64,000 nt of DNA from Amoebidium appalachense. Its lineage: Eukaryota; Protista; Ichthyosporea. Below, one piece after another: positions 1-50,856 of the stretch. Below the pieces are notes generated by a model. The model did not search any database. It was not told where the DNA came from and worked only from the letters and a program-made list of their open reading frames with translations. The position numbers and the translations under genes are program-made. The first letter of the stretch is position 1; every line of letters begins with the position of its first letter. The DNA is taken from contig CAVNZM010000012.1 in assembly GCA_963693365.1 (NCBI GenBank), positions 5,136,409 through 5,200,408 of the forward strand. Reading direction: 5' to 3'.

Positions 1-44
1 CGCAGCCCCCTCTCCTTCCTCTCTCCCTCCCTCTCTCTCTCTCT

Positions 45-76
<32 letters not shown>

Positions 77-92
77 CTTCCACCCCCATCAG

Positions 93-15323
<15,231 letters not shown>

Positions 15324-15511
15324 TAGTGTGTGTATCATCTGGACCAGGCTCCGAATAGTGAAGGTGAATGCTTTTGAATGGCACGTCACATTTCGAAAGG
15401 CCGCCTTGTCTCCCAACCGTTAATTATATCCCCTGGGTGATATGGGTGCAGAGTGTGGGTGGGTGGTTGAGGGAAGGGAGGGAGCGGGGTGGAGGGTTTT
15501 TTTTTTTTTTT

Positions 15512-15557
<46 letters not shown>

Positions 15558-16312
15558 AGGGTTATGAAATATATTGTCGAAAGGTCACACGAGACAGTGT
15601 AATTAGACTGAGAACAAGATGGAGGGGTTCCTTTAATATATGTGCGAATGTCGAGGGGCTTGAGTAGGTTCTATTCCAAACGTTGCTTGGTGGGAGATTT
15701 TTTCTCTTGCTACAAAATGTTAAATGTTTTACTCGTGAATGCAAACCTTTGCCTCATTCCGTTTGGTAATATAAACCGGTGAAGCATTTCAACAGGTTTC
15801 ACAAGCGATGTATCACATAACCGGGAACGCCAAATGCATGTATGGTGATTCTATAATGAGCAAGTTGGTATGCGAATGATCATTGACGATTAGCTGATGA
15901 TTTTTGTTTTGTTTTTCTACGACGAATGCATATTCATTCCCCGACACTGTATATTTGTAGCTAATAAAATAGGGGGTCTGACGGAGCCGTTGCATCTCTT
16001 ACCACATTACAGTTATCTCTTGTACAGGATGTTGTATTTTGCACGTATGCATACAAGACGAGGAATGACGTGTGGTGGCCATGAATGATTTTCGTGTAAA
16101 ATTTTAACTGCTAGACTTGCATCACCTTGGGCAGCTGGCTGCCCTATTTAAAAAAGGACACATGTAATGTGCTGTAACCCTCCGGATGTGCAATTTCAAT
16201 GCAGCTACAGTACCATGCACCCAGGCAGACATCCATGTACTAGTCTGAGAGTTCGAAAGCTGACGTACGCGTATAGGCCGTCACAAAGTCCACACACACA
16301 CACACACACACG

Positions 16313-16353
<41 letters not shown>

Positions 16354-16592
16354 ATTCTCTCTCTATTCATCTCTCTTATTCCCACACACGTACACATTGT
16401 CGATGTCATGCACACACACAAACACAGTGACTGTCACACACACACGCGCGCGCACTGAGGCGTGCACACACATACTGACGTGACGCACACACACATACAT
16501 ACGTACATGGACACACTACAGGTTGCAATTGGACACACACGTCCACAAACACATATGTATGCATACCCACACTTACATGCGCAGTGTACATG

Positions 16593-16666
<74 letters not shown>

Positions 16667-17786
16667 ACAAACAAACATTGTACGTCATGCACTTACTTGA
16701 CACCAGCCCATGGCCGTGGTACATTGTTAAACGGTACATCACTGCCTGGTCGCTTCACGGTGTTGGAACCCCCCCCCCCCCCCCCCATTCCCCTCCCCAA
16801 TCACACACACACACCACCACCACCACCTCCTCCACCATTCCTGTGACAACTCCTCCCCGCCCTTTGCAATTGGTGGGATCCCTCCGAATCCCTCGCTCCC
16901 TTCCGGGGTAAGTGGGCCCTCGTCACCATGTACATGTATGGTTGGGGTTTCACATTACACATTGAATCCAACACATGGGCCTTCCGGTTTCGTTTCACAT
17001 AGCCGAGGTACTATACGTAGCTGCCTGTACATGTGTAGAGGCTGGCCTAGTATACAAGAGCACGTGTGGCTTCTACATGTACATACATGGCTATGATTAT
17101 TTCCTAACACGTACTGACGTGTTGCCGCACGTGCGACGTTATACATCTACTCAGGCGGCTTTTAAGTATAAAAAAAAAAAAAAAAGAAAAAAAAGAAAGG
17201 AGACACCGCCTCAGTAGGTGGTAGGATTATTTCTTGCCGCACGTGAAGATATTGTTTACATTCCATTCGGTTTGCGCAATCATGGATTACGTAACCACTT
17301 TTGCCCAACGTTACGGTTCGCACCAACAACCAAAACAAACAAAAACTTCGCGGTCCGGTTCTTTGTATGTACATATGTTTGTACCTGCAAAAAAAAGGGC
17401 ACTCCATGTGTGCAAAAAGGCAGAAAAGAAGAAAAAATCGCGTTTTGATTTTTTCCCCCCCCCTCTCTTCCCTTGTATACTCCTACAGCCCAGTAGCCGC
17501 TTCATGGTAATTCTTGACCCGCCCCACTGTTGGGGGTCCACCAGCATTTCCCTTAATAATGTCCCGTTCACTTGCTCCCCCTTCCCCCCTCCCCCACCCC
17601 CCCCCTCCCTCTTCTCTTCCGGTCGCCCTAACCCTTCCTCCTCCTTACTTCCCCCTACTCTTTTTTTATAAAGCTTCTGTTAAGAGTGACTACGAAGGAT
17701 CTACAACCCGATTACTAATATAACCTTTGCCATCTAACATGCCTTGTTTCCTTACTTCCAGGTCACCTCCCTGCCCACACTTCACC

Positions 17787-18458
17787 ATGGATCTACCACC
17801 CACCCTTCACTCCTTCCCCACCATCTGTGGCTACGAGAAGGAAGTCGCCGCCACCACCCTCCGCCCCCGCCCGCCCACCAGCAACCTCACGCTTGACAAC
17901 TTGACTGCATCCTTCGCCTGTGCCCTTCACATGCACCAACCCATCATCCCTGCCGGGCGGAACGGGGAGCTCATCTCCAACCTTCAACACATGTTCGATT
18001 ATCCGGAGGGAAAAGACAACCACAACGCATCCGTCTTCGCGTGGTGCTATGAGCGCATGGGAACCATCATCCCCCAACTTGTGGACGAAGGTTGCAACCC
18101 ACGCATCATGCTCGACTATTCGGGAAACCTCCTCTGGGGCCTGCAGCAGATGGGACGGGAGGACATCCTGTCGAAGCTTCGAGAAGTCACGTGCAACCCT
18201 AAATATAATAATCACGTGGAGTGGCTGGGGACCATGTGGAGCCATGCCGTTGTGCCATCCACACCCATTCCCGATCTCATGCTGCACATGAGGGCCTGGC
18301 AGACACACTTTGCCTCCATGTTCGGCCTTGAGGCGCTCTCCCGTGTCAAAGGTAGACCCAGGTCCTCCCTCCCCCCTTGCCCCCCCCCACCCACCCACCC
18401 TCCCCCCCCACCCCTCTCCCCCTCCACCTCTCTCCTCTCCTCTCTCTCTCTCTCTCTC

Positions 18459-18507
<49 letters not shown>

Positions 18508-19347
18508 CAGCTACCTCCCGGCCCGGCCCCATCTCAGGCACATAGGCACACACACACCTCACCCGGCCGTCTTTCCTGTGCGCAATCCACCTGCCAAATC
18601 CCCCTCCCCCCTCATTTTTCTTCCCGTTTTGCGCTACTACTTCTCGCTAATCACACCTACCCCCCCTCCCCCCTCCCTCCCCCTTCTCCGCTCCATGTAT
18701 AGCTTTGCTAGTGTTGAGCAATGCGTGTCCTTTCCCTTCCACCCCCTGGCCAGTCTATTTGTGCACATACATATTGTGCCGTGTCTTGTTCTGAATTTGC
18801 GTGCCACGTGTTTTATCCTACCTCCCTACCTCAACACCCCCACGCGTCCTCCACCCAACAACAAACCAACACAGACGTATAAACACCACCTTCCAAGCCA
18901 CACCCAACTCACCTTAACGAAAAAAAAAAAAAACTAACCTTCAACTCGCTCAAACCCCATTCCTTCCCCGCTCCTCCCCCCATTTCCTCCCCCCCTCCCC
19001 CCGCATCCCCTGCTTAAAAAAAAAAATTAAAAACAATGCAGGCTTCTCCCCGCCCGAGATGCACTTCCCCAACCACCCCGACACCCTGTACCAGTACATC
19101 GAGGCACTCAAGCACTGTGGCTATGAGTGGCTGCTAGTCCAAGAGCACTCCGTCACAACCCTTCAGGGCCAACCCCTCCCCGACAGCCAAAAATACGTCC
19201 CTAACGTGCTCACTGCTACAGACTCCAAGGTATTTCCTGTTTCCCTTCTTCTTCTCCTTCTTCATCTACTTCTTTTTTTTTTCTTTCCCGGAATGCAACA
19301 AACAAGAGGTCAAAGGCCGTATCATGGCTATTCTTTGTGCTGTCAGA

Positions 19348-19386
<39 letters not shown>

Positions 19387-19597
19387 CCTTCCCTGCCCTT
19401 TGGGCCTCTGCGGCTGGGGATAGGAGTGAGAGGTACATTAGAGGAGACTAGTGTTGTACTCTTGAGGAAGACTTGGAGAAGGTTGGGGGAATGGGGAGGG
19501 AAGTAGGTGATGTTCCATAAACACCGCCTCCTTATGTTTGCTCAGGGAGAGGGGGGATCTAGCGTTTTCTTTATCCACTGTACAGTTATGTATACAG

Positions 19598-19632
<35 letters not shown>

Positions 19633-20972
19633 TTTCCCGGGGAAAGCTGTTATTACGATGATGATGATACGAAACAGAAACAATAAGATTGACATTAATG
19701 GGGAAATAACAATAGCATAACACTTGAAATATCAAAGAATAATAACAACAACAACAGCAACAGCAGCATTTATATAAACATCAATGACAACCATTGGAAA
19801 TCAAACATAGAAATAATAACTATCCACTCACACCCTGCTCGCACCCAACAACAGGGACGCACCACAACCATCCTTGCCATCATCAAGACTCAGGGCTCAG
19901 ACACAAAACTCGTCGCACAGATGCAGCCCTACCACCAGGCAAAATCCATGCAAAGACCTATGAGAATTGGAAATTTCGAAGTTCCCCCCCTCGTCACCCA
20001 GATCGCAGACGGCGAGAACGGGGGTGTCATGATGAACGAATTTCCGAGAGACTTTCCCCCCATGTGGCAGAGAATGAGGGACGAGGGAAATATGGGGACC
20101 AAGGGGGGCTCAAAGGGGGTGGTGGGGGTCAATGTGTCTGAATATCTCGAGTTGATATTCGGGGCCGGGATAGTCAGAGAGGACCTGCCTGTGTGCATGG
20201 CTGTGGGCCAACACCGCATCTGGGATAAGTCCGTGACCCCCCCCCCCCCCCCCCCCCCCACCCAACCTCCTAACCCCTCCCCCCTCCCTCCCCCTCCCCC
20301 GCCTTTGCCTGAGGATGGGCTCTGGTTTTGGTGCTTACATTCTGTTGTTTCCATGCCATTCTTATTCAGAAACACGTTTTCGTTCTTTATTTCTCACGAC
20401 TTCAGCTTCGTACAGTATAGTAGCTTCCCCCCTCCCCCCCCCCCTTTCTCACCAATCCGATGATATCCTTAATCAGGAACATGTTTTTGTTCTTTGTTTC
20501 TCACGACTTTCACTCCCTACAGTATAGTAGCTTCCCCCCGTCCCCCCCCCCCCCCCCCCCCCCCTCTTCTCAGCAATCCGATGATATCCCGTCACTAAAT
20601 CCCCTCCCACCCACCAGGCTGCAAGGACAGACCATCACCCCCGATAGTGTCGAGAAAGCCATTACCGAGGTGAAGCTGGCCGACCCGAATTTCCACATGG
20701 AGGGGGCTTCATGGACAAACAACATGAGCTGGGTGAAGGGGTACGAGCACGTGCTGGGGCCTATGGCCAAGCTGAGTGCGAAATTTCACGAAAAATGGGA
20801 CGCAAAAATACGGGAAAATGACCGGGATATTACGCGCACTCGGGAGTATGTGGAGTCGTTGGTGTATGTTTTGCTTATGGAGACGAGCTGCTTTAGGTAT
20901 TGGGGGAGTGGGGAGTGGACGGATTACGCTATCGAAATTGCAAGGAGGGGGGAGCTGGTGCTCGAAAAATAG
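17787..20972 (+). CDS. Glycoside hydrolase family 57 protein of bacterial (cyanobacterial/actinobacterial-like) type, ~493 aa, 4 exons
   Basis: Exons 17787-18351, 19042-19229, 19855-20228 and 20618-20972 join in frame (1482 nt) with GT-AG introns. GH57 conserved regions are present: ALHMHQP, VEWLGTMWSHAV, GFSPPEM (nucleophile Glu), IADGENGG (acid/base Asp) and METSCFRYWG. Confidence 0.9.
20307..20428 (+). repeat. Short dispersed repeat (CTGAGGATGGGC family), GH57 intron 3
   Basis: CCTGAGGATGGGCTCTG...CTTCGTAC...Cn. Confidence 0.55.
20365..20590. repeat. Two-copy ~120 bp tandem duplication in GH57 intron 3
   Basis: TTTCTCACGACTT..TACAGTATAGTAGCTTCCCCCC..CAATCCGATGATATCC occurs twice. Confidence 0.8.
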
Positions 20973-22527
20973 GGGTGAAGAGGGGGGGGGGGGGGGGGGG
21001 GGGGGGAGACCGATGTGGTTTATTGGGCTGAAAAGGGAATGGGGTACGGGTCCGTATATCCTTTTTTGCAACATGTCTTTTTTAAAAAAATTGTTTTAAT
21101 ATAGGTGGCCTAAATTGTCCATTCAAACATTTGTCCTTTGTTTTTTTCCCTATTGTCAACGGCCCGAAGCCACGGAGACCGACCCATTAGCAAGGACGAG
21201 AGAAATAAAAAGAGAAGAAAACGCACATTTGATGGTGACGATGCGCGTCTCACGTTGCATTGGACACTATTCTGCTATGTACACGTGTGTGCCTGTGTGT
21301 TTGTGCACGTGTCTGCAGTGTGTGCACAGGTGCAAGCTGTGTTTATAACTGCACGTTACGTAGAGTGTACGGTAAGTGTTCGAGCTCATTCACGCTTGTG
21401 TATCTTTGTGGATATATACATTCCTGTATGGACATTTGTGTGATGTGTTTAAGTTGTTGGTACGCATATGCATTGGTACGTATGCATCCACGCGCGTGCT
21501 TGCAGCATAAACAACCAATAAATAATATAACTATTATGTAGTGCATGCAAGTTTTTCCTAGCAGCTCGCATGTGGATCGAGCTAAGTTTTAAGCTTGTAC
21601 AGTCATACATCCATGTATCATCATGCCACACTCGTATCGGATCTGATATATACGTGTCGTGTCGCTCGTCGTACATGTATATATGTTGTACTTCCAGGAC
21701 CTACACTGAAGCATCAGAACATCGACAATATTCACAACTTTTACACTAGGCCACACGCACAAACACGCACACACACACACACACACACATGAACACCATG
21801 CACGTGACACACAGATCTAGAGATCTGGAGACACACACTCAATATGGCTTAGGTTTTAATGGGAGGCAAGTGAATTCACGGGCAGTGCTGACTCCGTCTA
21901 CAGTACACAAACCTCGTCGCCGCGTACGGCGCCGGCTAACAAATTTCAACAGTGGTTCCAGTGGTGTTGAATATATCCTCTCCCCCCCCCCCCCCCCCCC
22001 CCCCCCCCCCTTCTCCCCCCACTTCCTTCCTGCACCCTATCATACCACCCCCACGACCATTTCCGCTCCTTAAGCCTATACTCGATGACATGCATGCTCC
22101 AATGTGACATCAGGGCCTGGCCATGGCTGTGCTGCCCTGATCTGATCATACACCAAACATAAACGTATTGGGTTTCCCCGGAGATTTATACACATATTGG
22201 GATCCACCAAGGCAATATAACTTCTCCCGCAATAGAATTTAGCTTACAGGCAAACTGAGAACCACATATTCTTTATTCAATTATTTCTATGAGCTCGTCA
22301 CCCAGCCAAAGGTCAGACCCGATAGCGCATATGCGTGATTCAGGCCTTGGATAATGTATACTTGTAGACTATGGATAGAATTCAAGATGCAGAGTAACCA
22401 AATACCAACACACACAACTTTCTACCTTCTCTGTCATTCATAAGGAAATCTGCAACCCGCACCGGAAAGAAAAAATCAATGCTCTTAATTCAACAAAATT
22501 CAAAGGAACACAGACACAAACATTTAA

Positions 22528-22613
<86 letters not shown>

Positions 22614-22943
22614 ATCCCCCCACCTCCCCCTCCTCCGGAGCTCTTAGACTAGATACGTATACTATCCGTCCATCTGAATGCTTACATAAAACCATACATC
22701 ATATATGGGGAGCCCCATCATAATGAAATATAACAGTTGCACTTCCAAAACACGCCAAATCCTACCAATATCAACCACAACCGTACACCCACGAGGCCAC
22801 TAATTAGATCAAATTCATATTCCTGTCAAAATCCTGCTACATTTTTCTAGCATCATTGACCCACCTTTATGCCTACTAGTATAATGACTTGAAATCCTGC
22901 ACTATCCCGTCGAATCATGCCAAAATCCCGCCATTTCCTGCCA

Positions 22944-43179
<20,236 letters not shown>

Positions 43180-43346
43180 CCTCCTGCTAATACCTCACGG
43201 TTTTAGTTTTGTGATTATAAATGGGCCACACAGCTATTATCATACAGCTAAATTGTTGGTGCATGTGGTGAAAAAATGTAAACGATATGCCATCGTATCA
43301 ATGGGTTGAAGTAGGATCGGTTGTGTATATGTGTCCACCTCCCCCC

Positions 43347-43424
<78 letters not shown>

Positions 43425-43749
43425 GGACCTAACGCAGGTATCACCATTATTTACACACACACACACACACACTGCACCACACCCCACACCCGCATGCATG
43501 CACACAACACAGAAGCATGGGTTTGCCTGAGTAAGCCCGAACCTTTTTTTGTTGTTGTTGTTGCAGACACAAACACAAAAGCAAAAACAAAACTGTACCG
43601 AGAACATGATTCAAGACAGTGTAAGCAAACACGAAAATGAGTGAATAGAAGAACATAATTGCGCACATCTGTAGTTAACCTGCACAAAACCACCACACCA
43701 CGCACGTACAACAGACACGAACACACACCCATGTGTCACTATTACGCGT

Positions 43750-43953
<204 letters not shown>

Positions 43954-44685
43954 GCACCCATGCAACCAACCATCCCCACCCTCCACACACACACGGACAG
44001 AAAGGCAAACACACAAATATAAAAAAAACCACACACGTTTGCACACAGGCCGCCCCCCCAGGGGGTGGGGGGAGGGGGGGGGGGGGGGAAGAGAAGGAGA
44101 GAAGGAACGAGAGAGAGGGAGAGAGGGAGACGCACAGAGGGGGACAAAAGAAGAAGAGGGGGAGGGAAGGGAGGGGCGGGCTGTATAAACGAAGTATTCA
44201 TACCTTGTAAATGGCAACCCGGGGCACGTCCCAGCCACCAGTCCTGTTGGGTGTGTGCTTGTCGCTACACAGGTGTATCTGTGTGTACAAAAAAGCGCCA
44301 AGCAAATACAATTTCTAGCCTTGCGGTCGAATCCCTTTCTGGCGAGTTTAAAAAAAAAAACACTGCCAGAGCAAAAATAGATTTGTTGCGAAATAGATAG
44401 CCAAATCTGGACTAGCAACTCGGCACGCGACCGGGCCCTTATGGGAGTCTAGGCTGTGTGCGTGTGACAAATGATGGTGCGAAGTGGCACGAGACAAAAG
44501 GAGAAGGGTTTATAGCAAGTTGTCCTACGTTGGTGGCTCTAAAGAACTGAACGGTCAATGCTATAGTTAATCTGTGCACGTATGCATGGTTTGCATCGCC
44601 GTACATCTCCAACGTTGGCACAAACGAGACTCAAGTCAGTGTACCTCAGCTGCAGGGGAGGCCGCTGTGTTTGCGCCATCAAAAG

Positions 44686-44800
44686 TTTTGGCGCGAAATC
44701 AAGACGGACCGGACTAAAAATAGACACCGAATCAGAACACCTTTAAATGCGACTAATATGTTTATATTTACATCACTGTGATTGGTTCAGCTTTGGCGCA
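44686..44800. promoter_or_regulatory. Putative SMARCC promoter elements
   Basis: E2F-like TTTTGGCGCGAAA at 44686-44698 and ATTGG at 44781, in a repeat-free stretch upstream of the SMARCC ATG. Confidence 0.4.
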
Positions 44801-45808
44801 ATCGCATACATATGATTTCGATACAGTCTGACTCTGATAGCTCTAGATCTTGGCCACTGTCATGAAGTGAAGATCTTCGGGAGGGGTCTCCAACTCCCCC
44901 CCCCCCCTCCCCCTCCCCGAGCCTCCTCGGCGCCCCTCCCCTCCCTCCCTCCCCCCACCCCCCAATAATCCCCAACCCCCCCAGTGGCCACCCCTCTTTT
45001 TTCTTTTCTTTTTTCTTTTTTTGTTGCTGTGCACGTGCGTGTTTGTGTGCGTTTGGGGGGGGGGAACACCGTTGTGTGATTGCCCCATACATAGTTCGAT
45101 TGACTCATGATGCGCTTTGAATGCATATGAAAACCTTGTCTCCGTCTTCATATTCTTCTGTGCAAATTGGAAACAAAGTCACAGATTGTTGTCTCGCGGC
45201 CACTATGATGATTATGCATGATGCTGCAGGCACACGCAGCTAAACATTCCCACATATGAACGAGAGACTCATTGTCACTGAGAGAGGGCACGTGCCAAAT
45301 CAATAATTTACTCTGCAAAGAGCCAGAACGGATACATATATTCGAATCTAAGTTTTAAATCTTAGTATACATGCATATTTCGACCTTATCTAATTAGTTG
45401 ATTTTCCTGGTGCAATGTCGTAAACAAAAAACCCCGAAAAACTCACAAATGAAGAAAACGACATAGCGCAACAAAGTACTGATATAGTCTCATAGAAGCA
45501 CATCCGCCACAAAAGGTTTCACCCATGAACTTGTTGTCAATGATATGCCGATACAACAACATACGCACATGTGATATTCGAACTAGTTATGCATACTGCA
45601 TATCACAGCAATACATGATGCTTAACAGTCGCAACCAACAACTTATACATTCAAACTATAATACCAATACATTCTCTCATATGTAGCCAACTTCTTGTTA
45701 GTAACCCATATTCAAATTTACAGACAACAAGAAAATTATACAGGCATGATAACCGGTCATATGTGGCCAACACTGGCACCACAACTCATCACCACCCGCC
45801 ACAACCAC

Positions 45809-48579
45809 CTAATCAAACACCTTCAGATACGGCGCCCAGCTTTCATTCGACGGTGGCACGGGTTCGAGCATCTCCACAAGATCAATCGAATCAGTGAGCA
45901 CTGGTGTCTGGCCGTCGGGCACTCGGTATGGTGCCCATGAAGACCTGGTTTAACAAAAAAAAAAAAAAAAAAAAAGGAGAAGAAGAAGAAGAAGAAAGAG
46001 AATGTGAGAGGGCAGAACTTGTTCGATGACTCAGAGCATGAATGGGCGTTGTCCTATATAGGTACAGTCAAGAAAAGAAAAAAAGGATTGGGTGGGGGGG
46101 TTCCCCGGGGAGGGGGGAGGGGGGGGGGGGGGGGGGGGGGGGGGATTATGCAGTTTTGTCCGGAGGATATTATTGAACGGTACACAAGCTAATAGTTCAA
46201 TCGTTTGGCACAGACATAGCTTCATTTCGCTGCATTCTTGCTGCTCACTAAGGAAATAAATGAAGAGAGAGTCCATCCTGTACAGGAAGTACCCCAGGCA
46301 GCAAGGCAGCAAGGGGGAGGTGATGTGTGTGCTTGTGTGTGCGTGTGGGTGTGCATGCACGTGTGCGTGTGTGTGTGCATGTGCGTGTGTCTCAACCTGT
46401 GAATATGTGTGTGTGGCACTACGGGTGTGCGTGTGTGTGTCTGTGTGGCACTACGGGGGGGGTGTGTGTGTGTCTGTGTAGCACTACGGGTGTGTGTGTG
46501 CCAGTGTGTGTGCGTGTGCCTGTGCGTGTGTGGAGGGGGGAGGGGGGAACCCACCTGACATTTTCCAACCCTTCAGCCGACAACTCTGCCTGTCTCCAAT
46601 ACAGCTGATACTCATCCATGGTGTCCGCATCCATCACTGCTTGCCCGTTGTCCTTGGTGCCACCTACACTAACTGCTCCATTCATTCTATCATCACCTCC
46701 AGTGGTTTGAACACCATCCGCATGTCCTGTTCCTTTTTCTCCTCTTTTTCCACCAACGCCATTTGAAGCCTCTCCCTCGCCCTCGCTTGACACAGTCTCT
46801 TCTCTTTCCGACGAACAGCCAAAATTATCATTATCATATCTTGTGTGTTCTTTTCCCTCTTGCATCTCATTCATTTCCTTGATCTTTTTATCCTGTTGGT
46901 CCCGTTCGGCATTAAGTCTCTCCAATTCTGCACCTGTGATGGTCTGTGCCTGTGCAAGTATATTTTGTGCATGTTGAAAGCCACGGTGGAAGGCTGAATC
47001 CTCCTCGGCAGAGCTGGGCACATAGCCTGTGTGCAGGTGGTGGGTAAATAGGTGGGTGAGTGAAAACGTGGGTAGGAGCGCCCGAGGGAGACGGGAGGGA
47101 CGGAGAGAAAGAGTGAGTAAGGGATGGGGGGTGAAAGGCCACGGGCGGGGTGCTGAAGGGGCCTGAAGGAGTAGGAATAAGGCATTTTTTTTTCCTCCAT
47201 AAGTGAAGAACGAGCAGTAGTGAATAAGGGTGTATGTTTGAGTGTTCTCGTCCAATCTCGGGGAAGGAGACCGGGAGCGGGGGGGGGGGGGGGGGGGGGG
47301 GGTTGAAGAGCATCAGCTAACAGTAAGCTAATCACGTAACTTATGACCCATAACCCTTAACCCCGTTTCCACGTCGTGTTACCTTGCCTGAGGGCGTCCG
47401 TGTGTCGTGCCTGTCTAAGCTGCAGTAGTAAATCCAACATCTGTGCCCATGCCCCCAATTCGTCCCCAATGCGCCCTACGTGTTTGCTGCGCACCCGTGC
47501 AAGCTGACGTTCCTCCTCTGCCTGTGTACAGCAATAGAGAGTGAGGTTACATTACATTGTGAGTTAAGGAATAAATCAAAGCTACAACGGGAGTTGAGAT
47601 GGCATAGAAAATATTGAAGAGCAAAAAAGGAATCTGATTGAGGGTTGGTTGCAAGGGGGGGAAATGGGGAAGGGGGGGAAGGGGGGGGGGGAGGGGGGGG
47701 GGGGTATCAATGCAAGTTGATTTGAAAGCTGTGTTGGCAGGCATGGTGAGTGAGCTCTTTTGGAGACAAGGGTTATTTTTAGTCTTCCCTTTTTCCTTCT
47801 TCTTCTTCTTCTTTTCTTTTTTTTGTGGGGGGGGGGGGGGGGGGGGGGGGGGGGGAGAAGGGGGGGGGGGGGGATGTATGCGTTAGAGGGTTGGAAATAT
47901 GGAGGAGACAACAAAGAGCGTCAACAAAACGTCACAAACGTGGGAAATCCAAAATCAAAACAATTAAGCATGTAGGCAGAAGACACTTGAACAGAGCCCA
48001 TCATCAGGGGGGTTCCGGGGGAAAGGGGGTTGCACAATACAGAGTTCAAACCACACACGATGAAAAAACGGTGCAGAACACCACATCATATTCTGCTCAG
48101 CAACAACATTCAGAGCAGGAAACACAGGTGGAGCGCCATCTCTCCAGGTGTGGAACGCAAGCGGGTGGGCGGGCGGGCGGGTGGGCGGGCGGGTGGGCGG
48201 GCGGGTGGGCGGGCGGGGGGGGAGGGGGGGGGGGGGGGGGGGGGAGGGGTTGGCAACCTTTGCCGTTTCCGCCATCAAATGTCTGCGGGTGGCCAGCCAC
48301 TCATCAGCCCTTGCATGTGCCCTCTGGAGTCTTGCTTCCTCACCCTCTCTTTCCTCTGCACGCTTCAACCTTGCACGCCTTCTGTAGGCCTATATTTCCA
48401 CCTTAGTGTGGCCAAAAGAAAACGTGTGCACAGCTACAACACAACACACAAAACTTAAGTGAGGAATGCAGAACGCAAGGGTGGTTGCCCCTTAATTTTT
48501 TTTCTTTTTTTTCTTTTTGCAAGAAAGGATCCAAATGGAAAGGCAAGGGGCGGCAGGGGGATGGCGAGGGCGGGGAGGG

Positions 48580-48610
<31 letters not shown>

Positions 48611-50168
48611 TCAATCTAGGCCTCTGAGATCGTCTGCGGGAGGCACCACCGATAGAGTGTGCGTCACCCATCCCACATCTCTGCCCCCTCCTCCCCCCCC
48701 CCCCCCCCCCCATCCCCCCCCCCCCCCCCCCCTCCCCCTTCCCTCCCCTCCTTCTCCCCGTTTAGGCTTTCACATACATACATACTCCCTTCCTCCCTCC
48801 CACTCCCCACCTTCCCTATCAACACACAGCAGGTACACCGACCTACCTTTTTGAGCTGTTTCCTGCTCTTGTAGCTGGCTAGCTGTATCCGAAGCTGTGC
48901 CATTGCTTCATCAAGACGAACCTGGATACAACCATTCCGTTATACTCCATGACTCAGACATAATCACAGACATCGTCACACTTGCCATTCACAAGCACAT
49001 GCACAAGAACATGCACATGCACATGCACATGCACACGCACAAGCGCACACGCACACGCACACGCACACGCACACGCACACACGCACGCACGCACGCACGC
49101 CCGCCCGCCCGCCCGCCCGCCCGCCCGCACACACGCACGCACGCACGCACGCACGCACACACACACGCACACACGCACACACGCACACACACACACACAC
49201 ACACACGAACCTATGTACACACCCACTTCATCGCAGCCGCCAGCACCAAAACAGATGCACGAGCAAATCCCAAGCCACCATCGTAGCTTTATCATGCACA
49301 CACTACCCGTTGGTGCCGCAACCTACCATGCTCTAAAAACTATTGTACAGCCTAGCGGTGTTTTGTGCACCAAAAAAGAAGGACGAGTGTATGTCTCTCG
49401 GATACATTCTTCAACATCACCGACACTTTTCTTTCAGCATTGTGTGTCTATGGGACAGGGAAGCAGAATGATGTGATGGGCAATCCCGGTTTTTTGTTAG
49501 CACACATATACTGTCATCAATTTGGAGAGCGAGGTTGGGGGAGGGGGGGGGGGGGGGGGTTTGGTTGAGTGGGATTGAGGGGAGGGGGGGGGGGGGGGGA
49601 GGGGGGGAGAGGGGGGAGGTGTGTCGGGGGAAGGGGGGGGGGGGGGGTGTGGGGGGGGGAGGGAGGGGGAGTGTTACCTGAAGAAGTCGTATCTGCTCCA
49701 GACGTGGTGGCTCTATCTGGCGATCTGGGCCCTGCCACATAGTTCCCATCAGCGAATACACATGACGCTAAGAAGCAATAACAAATATCTCTCATTAGCA
49801 TGCATCATGCTGCCATTCCCACACACACACAAAAAAAAAAATATAAAAAAAATAGAAACCGAACTGACCATTTTACTTGTAAGATAGAGCAATGTGTGCA
49901 GGTTCCGCCATCAGCCCAGCTGTGGTGGGTGCATATGTGATGGGCTATGTTGGGTATGTTATACTTGCTCGAACCTCTTCATTACCACAAAGAGCCTAAG
50001 GCAGGCTGCAAACCCAGCCGTGTGCAGGATGGGGGGTGTTCCCACAATTCCTCTGACCCCGTGCCCAACCCCAAAAGTCCACAACACACACTCACATACA
50101 CACTCATTCTCCCTCTCTCCCTCCCCCCAGCTTCTCCTCTAACTCCCCCCCCCTCACTCTCTTTCTCC

Positions 50169-50213
<45 letters not shown>

Positions 50214-50801
50214 TTGGGGCGCACATTGACAGACATGCACAGAGAAACACACTCCTTTCCCTCCTCCTCTTACTCACTCTCCTCCCTTCTTTGCATCTCG
50301 CACTGTATTCTTCTTACTATTCTCATTATATGATGGTGATGGCAATCGTGGTATTGATGCTGAGTTTGTGTGTGTGTGTGCGCGTGTGCGCATATGTTCG
50401 TGAATGTGTGTATTGAAGGGGGGGAGGGGGGGGAGGGGCAGGCATGAGATACCATGGCAGCCAGTTGTTCTTTCTGTGCCCTCATGTCTCTGTACAGAGC
50501 CAGCACCGTGTGGCCTGCAGGCACGGGGCATTGCAGCAGTTGCTCCTCAGTCATATTCCCACCACTGTGAAAAATGGAGAGCACAGGGAAATGAGGTGGG
50601 ATATGCAGCAAACTTTTCTCTTTCTTTTTCTACTGTATTTTCCCTGGATTTTCGGTCGGGCGTGACGTGAGGGTGGATGTGCAGACACTTCTTCTCCCTC
50701 TCTACCACATTTATTTCCTCTGTGTTTTCCTTCTCTTTCTTCTCTTTTCTATTGATGGAAGCAGTTGATGTGTTACGGGATATATACATAGAGAGAGAGG
50801 G

Positions 50802-50856
<55 letters not shown>

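Noticed and set aside
47346-47364. Telomere-like TAACCC repeats
   Set aside because: Only two imperfect units, inside an intron.
50445-50452. U12-type donor in PDCD7 (GTATCTCA)
   Set aside because: It lacks the ATCC core, and no U12 branch site is seen near the acceptor.
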